This document shows positions 10,808 through 22,900 of a stretch of 38,531 nt of DNA, one piece after another. Source of the DNA: Phoronis australis (taxonomy: Eukaryota; Animalia; Phoronida); the NCBI GenBank assembly GCA_002633005.1, contig NMRA01000532.1:66586-105116 (forward strand), read 5' to 3'. The position numbers and the translations under genes were made by a program. The notes beneath the pieces are model-generated. The model had not been told where the DNA came from. It saw only the letters and a list, made by a program, of their open reading frames with translations, and did not search any database. Positions within the stretch are counted from its first letter, which is position 1. Every line of letters starts with the position of its first letter.

Positions 10808-12690
10808 GAAATTCTTGAAAAAAATAACAGAAAAAGGAAAATTGCGACCACCCCTACTAATGCGTAGTTATGCACTTTTTGGTCATCTTAAGAATCCAAA
10901 TTCGGAAACACGAGTGCAAATATGCCGTTAGTCAGATTTTCGAGGGAACTGTTTCACCTGTGTTGTGTGCTGGGCTGTAAATTCATCTGAAAAGCAACGT
11001 GTGGGGTCTCTAGTAATAACAAAGTTTCAGATAACCCAAGCTTAGGAGTTAATTCTGACATTGTGAGGAAGAAGCAGAACGTGGTCCAATTTTCAAAGTT
11101 TTTACATTTGAGGCCAAAACTTTGTGTGAACCTAATGGGGTTTTATGCAATGCCTAAGATAAGCGGAGAAATCTATAGATTGTACACGGAGAACAGTAGT
11201 GTGTTGTGACCAAGCTGTTTAACGGAATATGGTGAATACTATAGGTCTATAGTATAGTTGAGGCTCTTACAAAATATTTACCAGACTGAGTTCTGTAATG
11301 TCATTACTAATGTGTAAATTGAGTAATTACCCAGAAACACATTTACACTATTTTAATTAGTTGAGTTTCTATTTCAGATCAAACATAAAAGATCTTGGAT
11401 TCCATTCTTCATTGTGCTCTGTCAGGACCGATAGGCCGTCCTGCAAGGATGCCGTGTCTTCATTTTCGAGGACTGATTCAGCCAACATTTCTTACCCAGC
11501 ATTTGTCTGGACACATACAAACAACAGAGGAAGGGCATACAAAGTAGTCTGGTGTCTATAAAAGAATTACTAAAATGTAGCATGGTGTATACTTTGTAAG
11601 TGATGATTATTGATGAAGTTTGTCATATGGTGTGTTTAAAGGTTTTGTAGTACCTTATCGAGGAGTCTGTACATTAAGTCAAATATGTACAGAACTGTAG
11701 AATTTAACTTGGTGTTGTTAACATAATGCTCAAGATAAATTTCAAAATTTGCTGTTACAGCTTGCTAAATCGTTTCATTTTTGTTTTATGCAATGTAAAA
11801 AAAAATCATGAAAGTCACGCCTTGTTTCTGATAGCCCCTCATGGAAATGATTAAATCTTTAAAAATATTGATACAGTGTGAATTGTGGTCGAAATGATAG
11901 TTTGTTAAAATATGTACCAAAATAAGGTATGGTAGCCACTATTTAATGTTTTTCATTAGCAAAGCCATATATGACATCAAGTTAAAATCAGAAACTTCAG
12001 ACTAGAGCAACCGAGTTTGTACTGACTGAAGTAATCGCTTAAAAAGCACCCACAGCAAATTCTTAAAAGCCGTTCATTTTGTTTTTTGTTTTTAGAGCAT
12101 GTCTCAATACTGGGTGCTATTAACTTTCACAATTTTGACATTTGTTTAAACTGCCCTTTGGACGAATGAAATTCAGTGATTGGTCATTGAGGCTAACTTC
12201 ATTTAATGAAGTTTGAAATATGTTTTGATTTGAATTGACATTACCTAATTAGCATTATTTAGGACTTTAAATATACTTGGTTGCAATGTATAATGACATG
12301 TCATTCTCCACTATATAGTTGATAACGAGAGAAGGTCTATTGCAATTGGTTTTGGCTTATCTTATGTCACAAAGACTTTTATGATATTGATTTGCTGTAT
12401 TTACTGAATGTTACTCAGATGTCGTGGGATTCAATATCTTTTTTGCTTTTGCCTGTTTGGGCCTTGATGGCACTCCAATACTTCTGAACCCACTTAAGCT
12501 TATCATCTTCAGATTTGACTGTAAAGTTACAAACTGTGGTTGTCTGAAAGAAAGGAATACACATATTAGTAAGAGTTTATTTTTTTACAGAAATAGTAAA
12601 TGCCAATGCCCGAGAGAAAACGAATTTGGGTGTAACAAAAACGACCATTGTTGAGAAAGTTAGCTATTATCTTTCCACTTTATTAGCTCA

Positions 12691-12878
12691 GGGGCCTGTT
12701 CCAAGAAACTGACTTCATTCGTTATTGACTTAAATTTGGAACTTCCACATTCGTAAGCACTTAAGTCAAAGTTAAGATCTCTTTCTTGGACTGGTTTTGT
12801 GACAAACTTAGCTTTTACTTTAAAGTTTACAAAAATATAAAATTTGTCCTGGCTATCAGTTTTGTTGGAACGGGTCCA
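12691..12878. mobile_element. MITE with GGGCC-type TIRs (PIF/Harbinger-like), copy 1
   Basis: GGGGCCTGTTCCAAGAAACTGA ... TCAGTTTTGTTGGAACGGGTCC; related to 32850-33080. Confidence 0.7.
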
Positions 12879-13859
12879 AGATCTACATCAATACAAAAGG
12901 GCGAGCTGAATAGGCATCATAGAAGTTGTCTGTGGCTAAGGGAATCTGAGCGGTGACCAGTGTAGGCCTAAGCGAGAAATTCTCCACCTGATAATTTTGT
13001 TTAAATGTCTTTGTATTTGTTTAGCCCAGATACAATGCCTCTTGGCGCTTTCTGGGACTGTATAGGCCTATAAATTAGACTATTTCATAATAAACATTTA
13101 AAAAAATCTTTTTCTTAGTTTCATCACCGACCACATTTCATTGCATAAATCATGCGCGCACTCAGCCTTTAATATGGGAAGGGTGAATTTCTGACGATGT
13201 GGACCTTTTATGAACAAAAAAACCCGGGAGGACTAAAAAAACGGGTACACGTTCAGTGCTGTCATAGTGTGTTGCGCCTTTTTAGGGCTGTTTTGTCTTT
13301 CGTATCTTCTTCAAGTGTGAGTCTAGCGGGAATCCCAGCAGTCCAAAAATAGAATCAGGATTTTCGATAACAGATGTTACTGCTGCATAATTGGATTGGC
13401 TCGTTGACATTGTCCCGCTCACAACTGTTTCGGCCATCATCCGTTGTTTAGTATTTAGCAATGCACTTGTGTATTGGTTCAGCCGTTCCATTACAGGACA
13501 ACGAACGTTCTGATCAACTATTTGTTAATGAATAATCACACTTCTTCACGACTATAATCTTTTAGCACACTTGTCGTGCATTCAGCCTCAAAGCGGATCG
13601 AGGCGGGATAAGACTGAAACCAGTTGGTTATCCCTTTTCCTTATGAATCCTGCAGAAGAGATATAACCAGTTCGTTATCCGGCTCTCCATGCAGAAACTC
13701 CTACTCATCCTATTTTTCAGTTATCCAGAAGGTGTCCCGAGTGCTGCCCTCTGTTTCTCAGATTCGCCACTAGGTTCGCTTGGTTTTGCGATGTTGAAAT
13801 CGTCGACTGTCAGTAGAGAGTGAAGTAACTAATCGCTTGGTGCTCGTCGAGACGAAAAG

Positions 13860-13977
13860 ATGGGGAAGTTGAATATTTTTGAGATCAGTTATGACAATCC
13901 ACAAGCCGTGTATCATGCTGGTCAGGCTATTACTGGGCATGTTACCGTCGAGTTGAATGCACCGATGAAAATGAGAG
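13860..13977 (+). CDS. ARRDC-like coding exon 1 (MGKLNIFEISYDNPQAVYHAGQAITGHVTVELNAPMKMR)
   Basis: ATG in aaagATGG context; arrestin N-domain start (VY..G..I.G.V.VEL); donor G|GTTTGT, phase 1. Confidence 0.9.
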
Positions 13978-16900
13978 GTTTGTTTGACAACTAGGTCGAG
14001 TCTGGTCGACATTGTATTTGACCGTATTTGTGTAGGCAAGGTGTAGCTGTACCGTGCTCATGTTGTCACTAACTAGAACGTCAAGGGCGACACCACTGGC
14101 CTGGCAGATTAGCTTTGCTAGTCCGACTCTAAAATCATAGCCACTTGATGATAGTATTTTTTGAATCCTCGCTTTATGTTGATTCCAAAAAACGCAGTGC
14201 TGATCAGAATTTGTCACTGGTCGGACATAGCGGTCCCTTATTTAGAGAACCAGTTTCATCCACTAAATAACAGACCCGTTATTCAGTGATTGCCTGGTTC
14301 CCTACATCCGGGTCCGCTGTATCCGACCTGTGCCCTGATTTTTCTTTTCTCAGACTCTGCATTTGAACTGTTGAACATCGTTACATAGTACCATTCCCTT
14401 GAAGTTGAATTAGTGTTAAGGCACTCTCATACTAACTAAATTCCAGTATGAAACGAAGTTCAATATAAACTTCGAAGATAACTGAACATTCATACCAGCT
14501 TCGGTAGTTTTATGGCATCGAAGTAAACAGTAGATGACGCTGTCATCTTTGAAGTTAAGTCAGCTGATAAATTCCTTGGCAACGCGTTAGCCCCTCTCCG
14601 TTGGCCGGTTATGGGCTACAATACTTCCCATCGCTTTCTGTACAAATTTCGTCCCATGCAGTTTTCACCTTGTCAAGAATACTTTCCACACTTAAAACTA
14701 TCACTTAAAAAAGTGCTTAGTTTTTTCAGTGGTCCTTTCTACTTCTATTATATATCTACGATGAAGCTTAGTTATGAGAATTATAGACATTGGCGAAGAA
14801 TTCCAACTCCACCTTTTTGGTCACCATTAAACTTTGTCACCACGCGTGCGCATTAGGGCGTTTTCCCGTTGCTCCCAACTTGTTTGGTTCTATAGCCCAA
14901 CAACAAGTTAGGAAGATGACCCCTGCAGCCAATATCTTACACGAATGATTAACTCCATTCTGGCATTTAGGGTTGTAGGGCCAGCTCTCTTGTTCGATAA
15001 TTGTTCTAATTTCCAATAAGATCGTATAGATCTAGCCTGACTGGGCTGTGCTGTTAAAACAAAAGTTAAGTTATAACATATTTGAACATAAACCAATTGC
15101 ATTTCTGAATTCCTCGTCAAATGCTGATCATGTTTTAGTTTTTGAATCGCCAAAATCGCCCTACTACAACCAAAGTTACGGCAATCTATTCTTTCTGAAT
15201 GCTCTGGGTTCGACTGTGTTCACATGTGGTCTGTAATAAGCCTGGTAGATAATTGGCCTGCCTGTTATTATACCAGACAAACGTCTGTGCTTGGCAGTTA
15301 ACAAAGGAGCTAGATGTTATCGCATGCTCAAAACCCTCTACGTTAGGTAAAGTCACTGAATGGGAGAATGCCGTCATAGATAACCGCAAAGTATTTCAAC
15401 TAAGACTCATGAGTTAGGCAAAGGCTAGCGCGAGACTGAACGAAGCATGTGACGCTGGCCAGCGTGATTCTTGCAAAATAGTATGGGAAAATATCAGGTG
15501 AAATTTGTAAGATTTATGTCTCTTGGACTTTTTATTCGTCAACATGCGTAATTTCACGAAACTTCCTCAAAATGGCATCCGGTAAAAAAAACTCGAGCAA
15601 ACTGCAACAGATTTTCATCGATTTGCTCAAATTATCTTGACTGAATCGTCTCTAGACTTATGGTATGTGCTAATTATAACTCCATGTGCATGTATTCATG
15701 TTTCATTTAATTTCATTTCCTGTATTTTGAAATTCGTAACTTTTTGTGGGGATGTACTATAATTGCCCCTGTATGCCTGGTGCATCCAGGGCGATGTAAT
15801 TGCCTAATTCCATGCACGCAAAGATTTTCTTAATGTGACAATTTCAGAACATTAATGTTTGATAATTGACAAAAATTATTTCTTACACGGTTGCAGGGTG
15901 ATAAATCGAGCACAATATTAGCGGCTGCACTACCTTTTAATTGTTGATGATAACATCAATGAGACCAAAGTTGACCGTTATTCATACTGCCCCATAGCGT
16001 GGACGCTCGATCCACTCAGTTAAATCCACCTGTTTACAGTAAAGTTAACTGGCGAGATCAAAGTTAACCGTTCATGCTGACCACAACTCCCCAAAATATT
16101 GATACGTCCACATTAGTGTGAAAGGGCCTTTAGAATGAAGAAATTTCCAGTACCATCATCTGAACTAAAATATCACACTCCATTTAATAGCCAATTGTGT
16201 TGGTTATCACAATTGCTCTTCTTGAGTGGGTCAGAGATTGCAGCATGCAAACATGCACACAAAGGAATCAACAGGTGGAAAGTTAAGTCACTGAAAGTCA
16301 ACCTTTTTTCTGTGTTCAAATATTTTTGATGATAGTATAAAAACACATCTTCTTTATGACATTTGTTGAACATAATTTACATTTAATATTGGCGCGCTGT
16401 TTACAACATAGATTTGCTAGATTACGTGAGCTTATTATCATATGAACGCAGACAAGGAGAGCACTGGACTATGTAGACATTGGTTTGCCAATTTTCATCA
16501 TGTGCTGATAACTACACATGGCAGTAATCTGAATTTCCAGTCACTGAAGTTGGGGAAACTCACCCCACAGTGTGCGTCGTGCTACTTTCCGTTCATGGCA
16601 CAGGGGAAATGTCGAGTGTCGTTCCTTTACCCTGTTATCCAAAGCCCTCTGGATACACGTTTTCACTGCCTACTAAAATTGAACTGGTCTGTCTTAGATA
16701 TTCTAGCATGTCGCCTGGACCTCCTTTGAAAAAAAAATCCTGAGCTATACAAGAGCAACACATAGCATTGAAATGCACCCATGAATGCACTACAAACGGT
16801 ATGCTTCTAGGGTGTTTATTTGTTTCATAAAAATGGCCACTAGATAGTGCAAAATACTTGGAATCCATCAAAAACCTGGAAAATGTCTCTCTTTTTTAAC

Positions 16901-19900
16901 AGAAAGCTATATACTACATTTCATGAAAATACCTTAAGAAACTTTAGAGAAACAGAGCAAAACGGAAAAAAATGAAATTGTCACTTGGGAACAAAGCGTT
17001 CATCGGATCCGTCTGCAAGTTGTCGTCTTCTGTTGTTAACTTCATATAAATACACTGTCACTTGCTTTATTCATTTAATAAAAATTCTGCAGAGGGCTTA
17101 GGAGATACAGCTAAGGGCGCAAAAAAACTGCCACTAGGAGGCGCCACAGTAATTGAAGTCAAAAAATCATCGTCAACCCTCCTCATCACACTAACAATAT
17201 ATAAGCCAATTTTCACAATTTTAAGAGTGGTTTGGTTGACAGAAGGTGGACACCAGAAACAAACTAGAAAACAATAAAAATGGCCACTAGTTGACGCAAA
17301 ATAGGTCAAATGCATCTGAAAACCAGATAATGTTACCAGTTTCCTAAAAGGAAGGTATTTAACAAATTTCATGAAAATTCGTCGAAGGACTTTATAGAAA
17401 CTGTGGAAAACAGAAAAAAATGAAATTGCCACTAGGGGGCAGTGTTAGTTGGACCCGTCTGAAAGTCGTCGTCTTCCGTTGTTAACTTCATATGAGTACT
17501 CGTGCTAAATTTAATAAAGATCCTGTAGAGGGATTAGGAGATACAGGTATGCCTGGGGTCAAAACAAAACTACCACTAGGAGATGCCACAGTAGTCAAAG
17601 TAATTGGAAAAACATCGTCAATATGTCCTCTTTATACTAAGAACATACATGCCAATTTTCACAATCACCCTTAGAGTGGTTTGGTTGATGGAGGGACGGA
17701 CGCCAAAAAACAGACTTGAAAACAGAAAAAATGGCCTATAGGTGGCGCAAAATACCTCAAATCCGTCTGAAAACAGGAGGATAGCGTCACCTCATTAATA
17801 GATGCCTATTTGCCAAATTTTATGGAAATCAGTGTCAAGGACCTTTAAATATACAGAGGTAAACATAATAAAAACTAAAATTGCCACTAGGGGGCACACC
17901 TGTAGTCCAATCTGTCAGAAAGTCGTCATTGTCTGGTGTCAACTTCATATAATTACATTTGCTGCATTTAATAAAGATTCTGTAGAGGGTTTAGAAGATA
18001 CAGCCATGGGCGCAAAAGCAAACAAAACTGCCATTAGGAGGCACCACAGTAGTTGACGTTATTGGAAAATCATTGTCAACCGTCCTCTTTATAGTAAGAA
18101 CATACATGCCAATTTTCGCAATCATCCTTAAAGTGGTTTGGTTGACAGAGGGGCGGATGCCAAAAATGGACTCAAAAACAGTAAAGATGGCCACTACATG
18201 GCACAAAATGCCTCAAATTCCCCCGAAAACAGAAGGATAGCGTCACCTCATTAATAGATGCCTATTTGCCAAGTTCATGAAAAATGGTTGAGGACCTTTG
18301 GATATGCAGAGGCAAATGTAAAAAAACTAAAATTGCCTCTAGGAGGCACAGCGGTATTCAGGTCGATTCGAAACCTGTTGACTGCTGTTGTCAACCCCAT
18401 AGGAACACGCCTGCCAAATTTCAATAAGATCGTGCTAGGGGTTTAGGAGACACGGACGCCGAACACCTAAGCTCCCGGATGCCCAGACATAGATGACGGC
18501 AATATGCGCCCACATATAAGTATGTGGGCGCATAATAAAATGGGTCGTAAAACTTGTTAGTAATTACTCAGTGTATTCCTGAGTATGCAAAGAATGGACA
18601 GTTTTTTATTCCATGAGACCGTGCTTGCTTGGCCCATTAAAATGACCCGTTGTGATAGTTAAGCCTACTACTTATTGTGCTGAATATCGTGCAACAAAAC
18701 TGTCTCTGTCAACTCTTTCCTCTACCTTAAAATCATTTTTAGTTGGACTAAGCCTTGAAGGAACAATTTGAGAGGTCCAAATTATTTTTTTTGTCATGGC
18801 AACAGGTTTATGAGCTTTAGTGAGCATTTTCATTAGAGGCGATTAATGGCCATCTTTTATGTACAAACCTGGTTTTGGCCTATTGATATTAACAGAATGA
18901 TATTGAAAACAACTTTCCCATCCAGTTCTTTGAAACAAACCCTCGACATCTCTCAAAAGTTTGGAGCAAAATTTGTAAACTCCTGTCAAAGTCTGCGTGA
19001 TCTACACTTTAGGCAAGTTACACAACAACTGTAGGGAAGACCACCCACCAAGAACCATAATGTCCAATTTGCGACTCAGAGTGTATAGATTTTTAAATGA
19101 ATTCTGCTTTTCTCACACACGTGGGTCGTCAATGTTACATTAGCAGGTGGTAGAATGAGGCATTGACTGATTCGTCACCAAAATGGGGTGTAGTACTCTT
19201 TTAAACAAGGATTTTCAAATCTTTCCAACTCCAACATATACTCCCGCAATCAGAATTTCCCAAAGGCTTGATGGCGCCGTCACAGATTGAAGGAAGCTAG
19301 TCGCTATTCACGGGCTTGCCGAATTTGTAGTCAATGAAATAATTGCAGTTGTAAACTAACGTTCCTGTTAAGCATAGGAGTTTCAAAGTCAAAAAAACAA
19401 ACAATAAGTAAGGCCAGTGACCAACATGACTGTTGGCGTATTCGAATTTTTAAAATGGACGGGTTATAAGAGAAAATGAACGAGTAGGTTATCTTTAGCA
19501 GCGTGGCTAAGCCACACGCATTAATTTGCGAATTGATTTAGATTGGTTAGTCAAAGTCTGGCTTAAGCTAACTTTGGCATTGAGGTGACAAATCCCCAAA
19601 GGATAGGATTGATGTTGCCCTGGGGCAGTCCTGGATGCGTTCTCTTTGTTAGCGGAGGTAGAAACTGCACTACAGCATAACTGACCTACCATTCAAAATG
19701 TCAATCACTTGTGATAGTATTAACAAGGGAGGAATAATGCATTGTGCATTCATCAATGATATTTACAGTTTTTAATAATTTCGTAGTGTCGACACTTCAG
19801 CTCAATATGTAGTAATATAAGTTTGCCTGAATTACAGCATGATAAATTAAATATTTACTAAGGATACGAGCCTCAGGGTATTTTGCACATTTAAAGAAAC

Positions 19901-22900
19901 AAACATAGGTATCGTGCAGTGGAAAAAAAACAAATATGTCCACCCTAAAGCAAGTATGTCCTCCCTAAAACAAACATGTTCTCCCTAAAACAAATATGCC
20001 TTCCCTAAAACAAGTATGTCTGCCCTAAAAGGTTAACCAAAATACAGGTTTTCAAAGATAGCTCTGGATGGGGATTTTAATAGAGCATTCTAATAATTTC
20101 TGTTTTTCATGATATTCTATTAAAACAGCATTTCCTCAGTATTTAGCTGTCAAGAACGGAAGAACATTCCTTAACTTTGGTTTCTGTTCTACCAACAAAA
20201 ATATTGAAACTGCCAGGAAGTAAAGAAAAGAATTCGAAAATAATGCATGTACACACTTCCTTTGACTTAAGTTGCTGTATCATTGGTCAAGAAGTCAGGA
20301 CTGGATGAGTGCAGCCATGTTGTTAAATCCAGAAGTATTAATTTTGTGTTTGGAATTCAACATTGCTAAGTTTACAGCAACAAAATGTCTCTTTAAATGG
20401 GCACTAAGCCCTCTTTTGATGATTTCAACCTGCTAATGCATCATTGGTATTTATCTTGCAAGTTAAAGGCAGGAATCGACTTAACACTCATACCTCCTAT
20501 CTCACATATTGGACATTATGATCCTTGGTAGGTGTTTTTTTCCTACAGTTGACGTGTAATTTGCTAAAATCGTAGGTCACGCTTGTCCCTTTAGCAGAAT
20601 TTGAATGGAGTTTTCAAATTTTGCTCTAAACTTCTGAGGGTCGTCAATGGTTACAGAGCATTATTTAGTTTCAGAGAACTGGATGGGAAGGTCGTTTTTA
20701 GTATTTGTTAATGGGCCAAAACTGGGTTTGGTATCTTTTTAAGTACCTGCAGTTGCTAGTCCAGTTTAGTTATTTTTCTTCAGAAGTGGTAGAATAATAC
20801 TGCGTACTTTGTCTATCGCCCTTTCCACATTCATATTGCTGTACCACTTCATTCGTGCATGCTTTTGTGATTAGATGTTAATATCCTATTTTCAGGCATT
20901 CGTCTGCAGTTCCATGGCAAGGCTTACGTGCACTGGACAGAGACGCACTCTACGGGGTCTGGTAAAAACCGACGAACGCATACACGACATTATTCTGCCA
21001 GTGAAATTTACTTTGATCAGCTTGTGGTTCTCTTTGGTAAAGGTGAGTACAGCTATATGGTCAAGATGAAAATACTCGGGCCATATGTTAATGTAGCCTT
21101 GGATGGACAATTAGGCGGTGATGTCAAATCTTTTTCTTTAATTTCTTACCACAATGAATGCCCTGAAATTTAAAATTTCCTAATTTAAAAGCTTTTGTTT
21201 TTAAAGGGGCTTAACGTTGTTGTGAATGCTCATGTAGTAAACATCAAAAGTAATTGGACATAAAAAAAACATTTTCCCGCTGTGACCAGTGATTATAGCT
21301 ATACTCTGGTGGTGGATTTTGTTTGTTTTCGGCCATCATGACAGAGATTTCCACTTAAACTCATCTGTTGTGAAGAGGAATTCCGTTTCATTTTGCCTGA
21401 TTATTTTTGCCGCGTACACATCTTTTCAAAAGGTTCTCTCAGTGTTACCTAGGGTACAGAACTCGAAAGCTTTGGTGCTACTTAATGTCTTTGCTATGTG
21501 TCTCCTAACAGATAAACAAATCGGCAGATTTGCAATTTTGCACAACATAAACTGTCCTCACATGCGTAATGAGACCACAAGGTGAAGGTAGCAAATACTG
21601 TTACGGAATAGGACACAATATGGCTGAAAATTAATCATTTTTTCATAAACACCAAAATACTGCCTTACCATTTTCAATCTCCATAGCAACCAATAGAAAA
21701 TTTGTATAAAATTTTTTGATAATTCACCTTGTTATCTTTTTGAAAATTGTAAAATGGGTTATTCTGACAACTATTTTAATTTTTACATGTTTGGTGAGAT
21801 TTCACCCTGGTGACTTAGAAATCTAAACAAACTCCTTTTAATCGCTGTGCCAGTGCGTTTACTCTGCCACGTGAAATCGTCCCCCATGCTGTACTTGAAA
21901 ATTCAATTCCTGCAAAGACACGTCAAGAAGATTTATTCATAAGGTAAAAGAAACCCACTCCCATGATTTTCCTGAGAGCCAGTAGTGGGCTCGAAATTCA
22001 CTTGTTGGCGGTAGTAAGAAAATGGTAATATTAGTAGTATTAGTGCCTTAAATACTGATGCTACCGTCAGACAATGTTTTGAAAACAATGCCGGCATTCA
22101 AAACTGTGTTGAAAAATTAAAAAATGTCAATTTTTGTGAATTATTTTGGCTGAAATTGGTGAGATTTCTTGGAAATGTTTCGAATTAAAGTAATCATTTT
22201 AAATTTGTTGTTGTCAGACTGATAAGCCAGCTAGTAATCGAAGCATCCTGTTTTTTCAGGATGACTGTAACACTAATTGAGCTGTATTTCCTTAGGTTGC
22301 CAAGACAACAAGATGTATGTGAAAGCACATAAACGTAGATAATGACAGAAATAGCTCATTGTAACACCTTAATTTATCATTGCAAGAGACGGGCAATATT
22401 CTAACAACTGTGTAAATATTTTTGAACCCGTTGAGGACTTGAGGAATGAGAATTACTCATTGTCTTTAAGTGGTGAAGTTGAGTTAAAGGGGAAGCATGA
22501 TGTTTTTGGTGTTATCTCGTCTATAAGATTCAAAATTGTTGTCTTTCAGACATTTTCATTGTTTAAAGTAGCTGTTCTCCTTGCCTTTATGAACAGTGTG
22601 GTACCACCTTCGTTACTGTGGGAACTGTTTAGAACACTGTCAGGAGTCTAATTTCCATTCTTTTAAAATTGCATGTTTTTCATTTTTGATGGTTTTCTGA
22701 TGACTTTTTGTAATGTATTTCTCTCTATCGATGTTCACATTTACAGCGTTCACCCAGTGTCCAATTTAAAGATGGCCATTGTATATGTTTACAAGTGTTT
22801 CTTCATTACAGTTGAGCGGTGTGTTACTATATTCTGGTTCTCGTGTCCTTCCTCTAGAAAATTCTACTTTTTAAGTAAAAATACATGTTTTAACTGCTTT

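Noticed and set aside
11378-11561. Exon-like block after the acceptor-like tttctatttcag
   Set aside because: No recognisable protein similarity and no partner exon I can link to it
13530-13580. Possible ChoRE (MondoA/ChREBP element as in TXNIP/ARRDC4 promoters)
   Set aside because: The CAC half-sites are degenerate and not separated by the canonical 5 bp
16800-18400. Regularly spaced short motif resembling a CRISPR array
   Set aside because: The intervening sequences are homologous to each other at a ~450-bp period, there are no cas genes, and the context is a eukaryotic intron; this is a TE-internal tandem repeat
17062-18446. Cluster of short, mutually similar ORFs (KLPLGG...)
   Set aside because: Chance frames through the non-coding tandem repeat; frames are not preserved between units
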